A stretch of 64,000 nt of DNA, from sequence record NC_019407.1. One strand, written 5' to 3'. The translations under genes were made by a program, and so were the position numbers. Numbering within the stretch: the stretch's first letter is position 1; each line of letters begins with the position of its first letter. Of this stretch, positions 51,915 to 61,500 are shown in pieces. Under the pieces are notes generated by a model. The model saw only the letters and a program-made list of their open reading frames with translations. It ran no database searches and was not told the DNA's origin.

Positions 51915-52331
51915 ATGTCGCAAGACCACCACGGCTCGTCCTCGGGCCAAGAACGCATCTACCAGAAACTGGATGAGCTTGGCTCCATGCACGCGCGCAC
52001 CCGTGAAGATATTGCCCGCATCCAGGAGATGATGCGAGCGGTCGGTTCGTCGCAGGAGCGAATCGAAAAGCGCCAGGACCATTTCGAACGCGAAATCTGG
52101 CGCGAGATGGAAGATCGCGCCGCGCGCACGAGCGCCCAACTCGACGAAATCAAGAGCCACACCAACCTGCGGATCGAGGAGATCGAGGCCAAGGTCGACA
52201 CGATCCGCGAAGAGCGGATCGCCGAAAAGGCCCAGTGGCGCGGCCCCGAGAAGGCCATCGCCGCCCTGGTCGCCGTCGCCGGGGCCATCGCCGCCTTCGC
52301 CACGATCCTCACTTTCCTGAAGGGACACTAG
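51915..52331 (+). CDS. Coiled-coil protein with C-terminal TM helix (138 aa)
   Basis: Heptad-rich body; AIAALVAVAGAIAAFATILTFL. Confidence 0.75.
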   Translation: MSQDHHGSSSGQERIYQKLDELGSMHARTREDIARIQEMMRAVGSSQERIEKRQDHFEREIWREMEDRAARTSAQLDEIKSHTNLRIEEIEAKVDTIREERIAEKAQWRGPEKAIAALVAVAGAIAAFATILTFLKGH

Positions 52332-52438
52332 GACTTACAGTCAAGCTTGCGCGCCTGCGGCCAGAAGTCGCGCTTCTTGACACCCGATCTGGGCCGGCAT
52401 AACCATAGGACCATCGTTCCTGGGTGGAGTTTTCCCTA

Positions 52439-52645
52439 ATGGCTGTCGCGCTTACTGTCGTCTCGGTTGAGACCGAATCTACCATCCAAGGTGTTGACCC
52501 CGACGCGGCGCATGTCCGCCTGATCGAGGTTCTGCATACCGCCGCAGAAGCGGGTCTTGGGGAAATGACGTTGGAAGTCAAAGCGGAGATCGCGGCGCTG
52601 CTCCAGCAGGCGTCCGTGGAACTCTCCCACTGCCGGCCGGTGTAG
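52439..52645 (+). CDS. Hypothetical protein (68 aa)
   Basis: Own TTGACA-N17-TAACCA promoter near 52377; SD GGAG. Confidence 0.6.
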   Translation: MAVALTVVSVETESTIQGVDPDAAHVRLIEVLHTAAEAGLGEMTLEVKAEIAALLQQASVELSHCRPV

Positions 52646-52679
52646 GGGTCCCGTAAATCGCCATCCCAGAGGGAGCGAC

Positions 52680-53546
52680 GTGTCCGAGTCTGCTGAGTTC
52701 AACCCGCTCGACCAAAATCAGTTCCCTCCTCGCCTCACCAAGGCTGCTGCGCGACAGGCGCGGCGCCAGGAGCGCAGCCAGAAAAAGGACCCCACGGCCA
52801 ACAAGCCGAACTACAAGGCGCTCGAAGCCAAGACCGAACGCCAACGGCGCTATATCCAGGCCCTCAAGGCTGGCGAAAGCGTCATCGCCATTGGGGGAGC
52901 CGGCACGGGGAAGACCTACATCCCGTCCCGGCTCTTCGCCAAGAAGCTGATCGAGGCGAAGATCGAACGCCTGATCATCGCCCGCGTCACCGCCTCGCGT
53001 CCCAAGCACGCCCTGGGCTTCCTGCCCGGCAAGCTGGAAGCCAAGCTCGCCCCGTGGCTCGTCCCGGTGATCGAGGGCGTCAAGGCCGAGATGAACGCCC
53101 AGACCTACACGCAGTTGCAGGAGGCCGGCAAGATCGAGTTCGCCTCGTTCGAGCACATGCGGGGCCGGACCTTCGCCGAGTGCTGCGTCCTCCTCGACGA
53201 GGCGCAGAACGCCGACTACAAGGACCTAAAGATGGTCCTGACCCGTTGGGGCGAGAACGCCCAATACGCGGTCACCGGCGACGTCGACCAGATCGACGTC
53301 GACGATTCTGGCCTGGAGACGGTCGTCGACATCGTCGAGACCCACGACATCCCGATCCACGTGATCGAGTTCACCGACGAGGACGTGGTCCGCTCGCCCA
53401 TGGCCAAGGCCTGGGTCAAGGCGTTCTCCGCCCACGAGGGTAAGGACGGGCGGACGCGGCGCTTCCATCGTCCCACTGTCAGGAATCTTGACGTCCTGCC
53501 GGCTTTTATCGATAATGGCCGAGTCACGAAACCCGTGGCGTCGTGA
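52680..53546 (+). CDS. phoH: PhoH-like ATPase
   Basis: GGAGTGKTY, LGFLPGKL, FEHMRGRTF, LLDEAQN, VTGDVDQID, DVVRS. Confidence 0.95.
   Translation: MSESAEFNPLDQNQFPPRLTKAAARQARRQERSQKKDPTANKPNYKALEAKTERQRRYIQALKAGESVIAIGGAGTGKTYIPSRLFAKKLIEAKIERLIIARVTASRPKHALGFLPGKLEAKLAPWLVPVIEGVKAEMNAQTYTQLQEAGKIEFASFEHMRGRTFAECCVLLDEAQNADYKDLKMVLTRWGENAQYAVTGDVDQIDVDDSGLETVVDIVETHDIPIHVIEFTDEDVVRSPMAKAWVKAFSAHEGKDGRTRRFHRPTVRNLDVLPAFIDNGRVTKPVAS
53478..53516 (+). promoter_or_regulatory. GANTC/-35 promoter inside the phoH 3' end, driving the neck genes
   Basis: GTCAGGAATC-TTGACG-N17-GATAAT. Confidence 0.65.
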
Positions 53547-53563
53547 CAAAGACGTAGCGCACC

Positions 53564-54085
53564 ATGGCCTTCACCTTCGTTGTTGAGACTGGCGCCGGGG
53601 ACCCGGCCGCGAACTCGTACTGCGACGTGCAGTTCGCGGACGACTATATCTACGCCAACGTCTATGCCAACACCGCCTGGGACGCGTTGGACCAGGATGA
53701 GAAGGAACGCTTCCTCGTCCGGGCGTCGAAATATCTCGACCGCACGATCGCCTGGGCCGGGGAGAAGGTCGACGAGGATTCCGGCCTGCGCTGGCCGCGC
53801 GCCGGGGTCTATGACATCGACGGCTTCCTGATCCCCAGCGACGCGATCCCCCAGCAACTCATGGAGGCCACCGCCGAGATGGCGGCGGCCCTTATGAACA
53901 ACGACTGGACCTCGCCGCAGACCACGCGCGGCATGAAGGAAATCCAGGTCGACGTCATCGAACTGAAGTTCGACAGCGAAATCCAGCGCGGCTCCATGCC
54001 CGACATCGTCATGTCGATCCTCGAAGGTCTGGGGGTCGTCAAGACCGGCACTCGTCCGGCCTTCAAGAAGATCATTCGCCACTAA
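53564..54085 (+). CDS. Head-tail adaptor (173 aa)
   Basis: ANSYC....ADDY...W...A..YLD...W.G...GLRWPR...IP..L.EAT.E pattern; position. Confidence 0.8.
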   Translation: MAFTFVVETGAGDPAANSYCDVQFADDYIYANVYANTAWDALDQDEKERFLVRASKYLDRTIAWAGEKVDEDSGLRWPRAGVYDIDGFLIPSDAIPQQLMEATAEMAAALMNNDWTSPQTTRGMKEIQVDVIELKFDSEIQRGSMPDIVMSILEGLGVVKTGTRPAFKKIIRH

Positions 54086-54477
54086 TGGCCCTCGAAGCCT
54101 TCATCCGTTCCCAGGTCGTCATCGCCTTCAACCAGCTTGACGACATCGCCAAGCGCTGGACCTACGTCCAACGCTCGGGCGATCCGGTGCGCGATGTCGA
54201 GAGCGGCGTGACCACCTATCCCTCGACCGAGATCGTCATTCCCAAGGCGGTCAAGGTGCGGTTCAAGAAGGACGAGAAGGACGCCCACGGCCAAACCCTG
54301 GTGGGCGAGAAGGTCCTGTTCCCCCGCGTCTATCTGCCGGGCGACTTCGAGACCGCGACCTCCGACTACCTCGTCGACCAGAACGACATCATCTGGGAGA
54401 TCATCAGCGACCTGGGCGACCCGGCCTCGGCGCTGGCGATGTTCCAGGTCCGCAGCACGCGGAAGAAGGCCCCGTGA
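54085..54477 (+). CDS. Head closure protein (130 aa)
   Basis: Gene order after the adaptor; beta-rich. Confidence 0.65.
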   Translation: MALEAFIRSQVVIAFNQLDDIAKRWTYVQRSGDPVRDVESGVTTYPSTEIVIPKAVKVRFKKDEKDAHGQTLVGEKVLFPRVYLPGDFETATSDYLVDQNDIIWEIISDLGDPASALAMFQVRSTRKKAP

Positions 54478-54947
54478 AGTCGGGCGGAGCCAAGCTCAGC
54501 TTCTACACCGACGGGAACCTGGAGGCGGCGTTCAAGCGCTTCTTCGCCACCGCCGAGAAGCGCTATGACGAGCGGGCCGATCGCCTGCTGATCAAGCTGA
54601 ACGAACTGATCCTCGCCCGCACCCCGGTGTGGGAAGGCGACACCATCCACAACTGGCGCTGGTCGACGCGCGCCCCGGACATGCGCCACGAGGCCCCGCT
54701 CGACAACGGCGATCCGGGCCGCACGAGCGAGATGGACCTGGGCCAGGAGCCGCGCCGCCGCGTCAACGAGACGCGCCCCCGACAGTCGCTGGCCGGCGCC
54801 CTGCGCGCCAAGGAGCCGATCGACATCTATCTGACCAACACCGCCGAGAGCGCGGTCGATCTCGAATACGGCCTGCTCCCGACCAGGGCGCAGAGCCGAA
54901 ACAAGATGGGGATGGTCCGAATCTCGATTAAAGAGGTGTTCGGATGA
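54474..54947 (+). CDS. Neck / tail-completion protein (HK97 gp10-like, 157 aa)
   Basis: RTPVWEG...NW, YLTN.AE....LEYG. Confidence 0.7.
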   Translation: MKSGGAKLSFYTDGNLEAAFKRFFATAEKRYDERADRLLIKLNELILARTPVWEGDTIHNWRWSTRAPDMRHEAPLDNGDPGRTSEMDLGQEPRRRVNETRPRQSLAGALRAKEPIDIYLTNTAESAVDLEYGLLPTRAQSRNKMGMVRISIKEVFG

Positions 54948-55018
54948 TCCCCGCCTTCATCATCCTGCCGCGCGTCTATCTCGCCGCGTGGCTGTCGTTT
55001 TGGCTGGGAGAGGACTGA
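54944..55018 (+). CDS. 24-aa hydrophobic peptide MIPAFIILPRVYLAAWLSFWLGED
   Basis: ATGA overlap upstream, TGATG overlap downstream. Confidence 0.55.
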   Translation: MIPAFIILPRVYLAAWLSFWLGED

Positions 55019-55473
55019 TGCTCGAACACGACATGCTCCGGCAAGTCCTGGAGCAGCAGGCCGTCGCCGCCGCCCCGACGATCGGGCTGAAGCTGAACTT
55101 CGACAACTCCGAATTCGTCCAGCCCAAGGACGGAGCCCACTGGGCTGAGTTCTGGGTCCAGACCGGCAACACCGTGCCCTGCGAGGTCGCCGGCCCGCGC
55201 GGCTACGAAAAGACCTCGGGTCTGATCCAGTTCACGCTCAAGGCTCCCGAGGAAGAGGGCAACGGCGCGATCCTCAAGAAGGCCGGCGCGCTCAAGAAGG
55301 TCTTCAACCGTCGCCAATGGGTCGTGCCGCCGGACGGCTATGTGACCCTCGACCCGATCTCGATTCAGTCGCACGGCAAGCCGATCGACGGCTTCTATAA
55401 TGTCGTGGTCTGGGCGACCCTCTGGTTCCACCACCGCGATCCCGACGCCGACGATCGCTGGATTCGCGGTTGA
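55018..55473 (+). CDS. Tail terminator protein (151 aa)
   Basis: ATG at 55018, SD GAGAGGA; FDN..F.QP...W....Q.G...G..Q..L..P...G pattern. Confidence 0.7.
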   Translation: MLEHDMLRQVLEQQAVAAAPTIGLKLNFDNSEFVQPKDGAHWAEFWVQTGNTVPCEVAGPRGYEKTSGLIQFTLKAPEEEGNGAILKKAGALKKVFNRRQWVVPPDGYVTLDPISIQSHGKPIDGFYNVVVWATLWFHHRDPDADDRWIRG

Positions 55474-55496
55474 CGAGGTCTTTCACGCCGGCTAAG

Positions 55497-55535
55497 GTCG
55501 TGAATCTTGACATTTCCCAAAGTCTAGGGTAGGGT
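55497..55535 (+). promoter_or_regulatory. GANTC/-35 promoter of the tail operon
   Basis: GTCGTGAATC-TTGACA-N17-TAGGGT. Confidence 0.75.
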
Positions 55536-55616
55536 CACCACACTTGCGATGCAGGGCCGGGTCGGCACGCTCGCTGACCCCCTTTTGTCACAAAACCGTG
55601 GATTGGTGACCTGCCC

Positions 55617-57449
55617 ATGGCTGCATCGTTCTTCGCCGACTCCAACCGCGCGCGGATGCGCTACATCAAGGAGAACAACGTTGTCTGGGGCGTGACCCCG
55701 GCCAGCGGCGTCTCCCGTGAACTGCGGTACACCGGCTCCACCGTCAACGCCCAGAAGGACACGACCCTCTCGGAAGAAATCCGTGCTGACCGCATGGTGT
55801 CCGAGATCGTCGAGGTCGCCGCGCGCACGACGGGCGAAATCAACATCGAATTCTCGGCCGGCTCGCACGACGACCTGCTGGAAGCCTTCATGTACGGCGC
55901 CTGGACGCGCCCGATGACCTTCGACTCGGTCCAAGGCGTCTCGCTCGAATGGGCCGACACCGACACCCTGTACGTCAAGGGCAAGAACGTCACGCCCTAC
56001 TTCTTCGCCGGCCGTCGCGTCCGCACCCAGGGCTTCATCAACGTCGCCAACAACGGCTACTGGCAGATCGACACGATCACCTTCAACGCCGGCGCCAACC
56101 GCACCGAAATCAACATGTCGACGTCGACCGCTGTCGCTGAGCGCGGCACGGCCTACTCGGCGCTGTACGACGCCAACGACGTCATCGTGCTGAACAACAC
56201 CGCCATCCGCGCCGGCACCGCCGGCGAGGCGGCGTTCGACTCCAACGGCACCAACGCCTTCGCTGCGGCGATCGCGGCGGGCCAACTGTCGGTCGGCCAG
56301 AAGATTTTCGTCGAAGGCCTGGGCTTCGAGACCGGCACGGTCGTCCTGGCTGGTCTGCCGACCGCCGGAGCCCGCGTCCAGATCAGCGACGGCGTCAAGA
56401 CGGTTCCGTTCCAGTTCGGCGGCTCGGCGGCTCAGCCGACCGTGGTCGTCGCCCTTGGCGCCGACGAGGAAGAGACCGCCCAGAACCTCGCCGACGCGAT
56501 CAACAAGCTGCGCGTGCGCAAGCAACTGGAAGTCGGGGCCTCGGCCGCGACCGGCACCGTGACCCTGCGCAACCTGCTGGTCACCGGCGGCTCGATCATC
56601 GAGACCGTGGCCGACGCCAACGTCACCGTGACCAACTTCTCGGGCGGCGACGCCTCGCTGCGCGGCGTGTTCACGATCGAAGCGCTGACCGACGACAAGA
56701 TCACCGTCAACCCCGCGCCCGCGACCCTGGCCAACACGACGGCCAAGGTCAACATCAAGGGCTCGATGCTCCGCAACCCGTTCGACCCGGACGTGATCAC
56801 GGCGCAGTCGTTCACCTTCGAGACCGGCTTCGAGGACGTCGACCAATACTACCTCGCCGACGGCATGCGGATCGGCACGGTCGCGCTGAACATCGCCGCC
56901 AACTCGATCCTGACGGGCTCGTTCGGTCTGCAAGGCCGCGCCTCGACCCGCCAGAACACCTCCAAGCTCGGCGAAGCGCCCTACACCGCGCTCCAGACGA
57001 CCGCGACGCCCGTGGCCAACGCCACCGTCAACGTCGGCAAGATCGCCATGAACGGCGAAGAACTGTCGACCGCCGTGCAGTCGATCGCCATCAACGGCAC
57101 GAACAACCTGCGTGACCAGATGGCCGTGGGCTACAAGTTCCCCGCCGGCATCGGCGCGGGCCGCATGGAAATCTCCGGCTCGCTGGTCGCCTACTTCGCC
57201 GACGGCAACCTGTGGGACAAGTTCATCAACCACGAGACCGTCTCGGTGAGCTTCCCGCTGACCGACGTGCTGGGCAACCACTACGAGTTCACGATCCCGG
57301 CGGCGAACTTCTCGACTGACACCGTGAACCCGGCCGGCGGCAACCAGGACATCATGGAGAACCTGGAATACACCGCCAAGCGCGACCCGGTCACCGACTG
57401 CCAGTTCCAGATCGACCGCTACTCCTCGATCTTCGCGAACACGAACTAA
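55617..57449 (+). CDS. Major tail tube protein (610 aa) with inserted extra domain(s)
   Basis: LRYTGSTV..SEEIRADRM, SFTFETGF, GRMEISGSLVAYF..L..KF; position; optimised codons. Confidence 0.85.
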   Translation: MAASFFADSNRARMRYIKENNVVWGVTPASGVSRELRYTGSTVNAQKDTTLSEEIRADRMVSEIVEVAARTTGEINIEFSAGSHDDLLEAFMYGAWTRPMTFDSVQGVSLEWADTDTLYVKGKNVTPYFFAGRRVRTQGFINVANNGYWQIDTITFNAGANRTEINMSTSTAVAERGTAYSALYDANDVIVLNNTAIRAGTAGEAAFDSNGTNAFAAAIAAGQLSVGQKIFVEGLGFETGTVVLAGLPTAGARVQISDGVKTVPFQFGGSAAQPTVVVALGADEEETAQNLADAINKLRVRKQLEVGASAATGTVTLRNLLVTGGSIIETVADANVTVTNFSGGDASLRGVFTIEALTDDKITVNPAPATLANTTAKVNIKGSMLRNPFDPDVITAQSFTFETGFEDVDQYYLADGMRIGTVALNIAANSILTGSFGLQGRASTRQNTSKLGEAPYTALQTTATPVANATVNVGKIAMNGEELSTAVQSIAINGTNNLRDQMAVGYKFPAGIGAGRMEISGSLVAYFADGNLWDKFINHETVSVSFPLTDVLGNHYEFTIPAANFSTDTVNPAGGNQDIMENLEYTAKRDPVTDCQFQIDRYSSIFANTN

Positions 57450-57456
57450 GGGCTTA

Positions 57457-57480
57457 GTCACGATTCCCCCGAATCGTGAC
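57457..57480. repeat. Perfect palindrome GTCACGATTC-CCCC-GAATCGTGAC
   Basis: Directly after the tail-tube stop; two GANTC sites. Confidence 0.85.
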
Positions 57481-57599
57481 GGCCCCACCCGCTTCCCCCG
57501 ATAGACCAAAGTCCCCAGGACAGAAGTCTCAGCGCTGAGCAGGGCCGCCCGGAAATCGGGGCCGGGCGGCCCACCCTCCCCGATACGGAATCCCCGAAC

Positions 57600-58028
57600 A
57601 TGACCGACAAGATCAAGATCGACATGCTGGACCTCTTCTCGACCGATCGCGAGTCGGAAGAAGCGGGCGTCTGGATTTACCTGGACGAGGCCGAGCAGAC
57701 CGGTTTCAAGATTCGCGCCCTGGGCGCCAAGGCGGTCCTCGACCTGCGCGAGGAACTGACCAAGAAGTACCAGTCTCTGATCCGCGCGGGCGGCAAGCTC
57801 CCGGACGAGAAGGTCGAGGAAATCAACCTGAAGGTCATCGCCGGCGGCGTGCTGGCGGACTGGAAGGGCATCATCGTCGGCGGCGAGGAAATCCCCTACA
57901 GCGCCGAGGCGGCCTATACGGTCCTGAGCAACCCGAAGCTGGGCAAGATGTCCGCCTTCATCGCCCAGCACTCGATGGACGCCCAGAACTATCGTGACGA
58001 CGCCCGTGAGGACGCCGCAAAAAACTAA
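57600..58028 (+). CDS. Tail assembly chaperone (gpG-like, 142 aa)
   Basis: Between tube and TMP; ends on slippery A AAA AAC TAA. Confidence 0.8.
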   Translation: MTDKIKIDMLDLFSTDRESEEAGVWIYLDEAEQTGFKIRALGAKAVLDLREELTKKYQSLIRAGGKLPDEKVEEINLKVIAGGVLADWKGIIVGGEEIPYSAEAAYTVLSNPKLGKMSAFIAQHSMDAQNYRDDAREDAAKN

Positions 58029-58495
58029 CGGCGGCTCTGGAGTTCACGCTCAGCCAGAAGCACGGGGGTAGCGGGCGCGTCAAGTCGGCGGCCCGCGCTC
58101 CCAATGCCGAATCGCCTGACGACTGGCTGGCGCGGATCAAGGCTCAGAACTCCGGCCCTCCGCCGAGCGCGGACGACGAGTTCGACCTGAACGCAGAGCC
58201 GAAGGGGATTGAGCCCTATCCGGACCTTCTGTGGGTCTGGGACGGTTTCTGGCGCCTCTCGAACAAACGCCCCAACGGCATGTCCGGCCCGATGCGGATT
58301 CCGACCTCGGAGATCGAGGCCTTCACCCGCATCCGGCGCTGGGACTACGCCAAGAGCAACGAATTCCTGTTCTACGTCGACATGATGGACGAGGTCTACA
58401 TGGCCCACGTCGCCAAGGTCCTCGAAGAGCAGGAGCGCCAGCGAGAAACCGCCGCCAACAAGCCCCCGATCCACAATAAGCGGGGCCGCCGATAG
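58019..58495 (+). CDS. -1 frameshift extension (gpGT-like)
   Basis: The -1 frame is open from the slippery site to the TAG at 58493-58495 (W.GFWRLS.KR...PMRIP.SEI.A). Confidence 0.75.
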   Translation, partial: KKLTAALEFTLSQKHGGSGRVKSAARAPNAESPDDWLARIKAQNSGPPPSADDEFDLNAEPKGIEPYPDLLWVWDGFWRLSNKRPNGMSGPMRIPTSEIEAFTRIRRWDYAKSNEFLFYVDMMDEVYMAHVAKVLEEQERQRETAANKPPIHNKRGRR

Positions 58496-58500
58496 GATCA

Positions 58501-61500
58501 ATGGACAGCGAAGCCCTCAAGCTTAAGATCGATTCCTCGCAAGCGCGTACCGACCTGGACGCGCTTGCGAAGTCCCTCGACCGCGCGTCCAAGGCCGCCG
58601 GCTCCATGCAGTCGAACCTCGCCAAGGGGGTCGACAAGTCCAACGAGGCCCTGTCGCGCGGGGCCAAGAACATCGAGAAGTTCGCCCGCGTCACGGCGGA
58701 ACTCTCGAAGGTCAAGCTGTCCGGCGACCCGGCCAAGCAACTCACCGAATTCGCTAACGCCGTCTCGGCCGTGGCGCGCGCGCGCGAGATCAGCGCCGCC
58801 AAGCTCAATGGCCTGTCGAAGTTCGTCCAGGTCGGCGCGGCTATCTCCAAGCTGCGGTTCACCGGCGAGTCCTTCTCGGGCCTGCACGCCCTGACCCAGG
58901 CGATGGACGAGGCCGGCCGCGCCCGCGCCGTCAGCGCCGCCAAGCTCAAGTCGTTCGTCGACTACATGGAAGTCGCCGCGCGCGCCTCGCGCCTGCGCTT
59001 CTCCTCCCAGACCTCCGAAGCCCTGAAGTCCCTGGCCAGCGCCATGGACGCGGTCGCGCGCTCGCGCGTGGTCAGCCCTCAGAAGCTGGCGGCCTTCAAG
59101 GAACTCTTCGCCACCCTGGCCACCGCCAAGGGCGTGCCGAACGCCGGCGCGATCGCCCGCGACCTCGACACCATCGCCGGGGCCGCCTCGCGCGCCGCCA
59201 AGGCCATGGCGGAACTCAAGGGCGCGCGCTCGGGCATGGGCTCGATGCGCGCCTCGGGCGGCTCCGGAGGCGGCGGAGGCATCGCTTCGGGCGCGTCCTC
59301 CAACGTCAAGCGCTTCAACGAGGAAGTCGCCAAGGTCAAGGGCCATACCGACAACGCCGCCAAGGGCGTCGACGGCCTGGGCAAGGGCCTGGGTTTCCTG
59401 ACCGGCCGCTTCAACCTGTCTTATCAGGCGGGTACGCTGTTCTCGGCGCTGTTCTCGTCCTTCACCTTCGGCCAACTGGTCAAGGGCATCTACGACACCA
59501 CGGTCTCGTTCCAGAAGCTGAACAAGGCCATGCTGTTCGTCACCGGCACCTATGCCGGCGCGCACAAGGCGACCCAGGACTTCATCGACATCTCGGTGCA
59601 ACTGGGCGCGTCCGTCGAAGACAACGCCGACGCCTATTCGCGCTTCGCCATCTCGTCGGCCGCCGCCGGCCTGAAGCTGAACGACGTCAACAAAATCTAC
59701 CGGTCCACCCAACTTGCCCTGACCGCCGTCGGCGCCAACAGCGAGCAGGTCGGCTATGCCTTCTACGGCCTGTCGCAGGCCATGGCGAAGGGCAAGATTT
59801 CGTCCGAAGAATTCAACCGTCAGATCGGCGAGCAAATCCCCGGCAACGCCCAGGCGGGCGCGCGCGCCCTGTCCAAGCTGACCGGGCAGCAGAAGTCGGT
59901 CGCCGACCTCTTTGACGAGATGCGCAAGGGCACGCTCCAGTCCGCGCCGTTCCTGAAGGCCTGGGCCGACGAGATCAACCGCATGTTCGCCCCGCTGCTG
60001 CCGGAGGCCGAAAAGCGTCCTGACTTCCAACTGGGTAAGCTGAAGACCGCCTTCTCCCTCTGGAAGGCGGAAGTGGGCCGGTCGCAGTTCATCGGCGCCC
60101 TGACCACCCAGTTCAAGAAGCTCTCGGACATGTTGATCGTGGTCGACGGGGATCACCAAGTCCTGACCGAGCGCGGGCGCAAGCTTGCCGAGTCGTTCGG
60201 CAAGGGACTGGCCCAGGCCGTCAACATCCTCGGCAACGCCCTGGCGTGGCTGGCGGACAACCTCGACAAGGTCGTCGCCGTGATCAAGGTGGTTGGCGCC
60301 CTGGCGATCGGCAACGAGTTCGCCAAGTGGGGCCGGCAGGTCGCGGCCTTCGCCGACAACATGCTGGGCGTCAAGCGGGCGATCGAGGAAGTCTCGGCCG
60401 CCGAGACCGCCGCCTCGGGCAAGCGCGCGGTGACCTCCAAGGCCGGGGCGGTCAACGCCGTCTCGACCGTGGCGTCCGATCGCATGGCGATGGCGACCAA
60501 CCGCACCCGTAACGCGGTGATGGGCGGCACCTTCGTCGCCAATGCGGTGGCTCCGGCCGTGCGTCAGTCGCCGCAGTTCTCGCAACTCTCCTACCTGACC
60601 GGCAACCCGACCTCGCCCACGCGGGGCGCGCCGACGTTCGGCCGTCGCCAGCCCTATACCGGCACCATGACCTTCGACGCGCGCCCGACGGGCCGGGCCG
60701 GCGGCATGGGCGGCCTGTTCGCCGCCATGGGCTCGGGCGCGGCGACCGCCGCCACCGGAGCCTTCACGGGCCTGCGCAAGGCGCTCAACGTCCTGCCCGG
60801 CGTCGCCCTGGCTGGGGCCGTGGCCCTGGCGATCTTCGGCAACAGCATCACCAAGCTGAACGACAAGGCCGTCTCGTACAACAACATCGCCGCCGGCGCC
60901 CTGGGCACGGTGGGCGACGAGATCGGCAACGGCATGACCGGGCTGATCAACGGCATCCGGGGCCTGTTCGGCGCCGAGCAGAAGGCCCAGGGCACCGGCG
61001 ACTGGCTGGTGGACCTCTCGGCGACGTTGATCGTCTTCGGTAAGGCCATCTTCACCCTGGCGACCACGCTCGGTAAAATCCTCGGCACGCTGATGGCCAA
61101 TGTCATCATCCCGTGGATCGAACTGGGCCAAAAGGTCGCTTCGGGCGACCTGAAGGGCGCGGCGGGCAAGGCCGGCGAGGTCCTGATGGGGCAGATCGGC
61201 AAGGGCAATCGCGAGCGCTGGGCCGAACTGGGTAAGGAACTGGGCAAGGACTGGGGCAAGGCCCTGGACTACGCGGGCACGCGCCAGTCGATCGTCAACG
61301 GCGCCCTGAAGTCGGCGGCCGGCGACAGCGCCACCCCGCAGGGAGCCTCCGACAAATTGACCGAGGCGGCCCTGGCGCAGATGAAGGCCGCCGACCAGCA
61401 GGCCCTCGCCGCCGCCGACCTGAAGGACGCCACGGCGAACTTCAAGAAGGACCTGGAGCCGCTCAACTTCAACGACCTCTTCAAGCGCGCCTCGGCCCTG

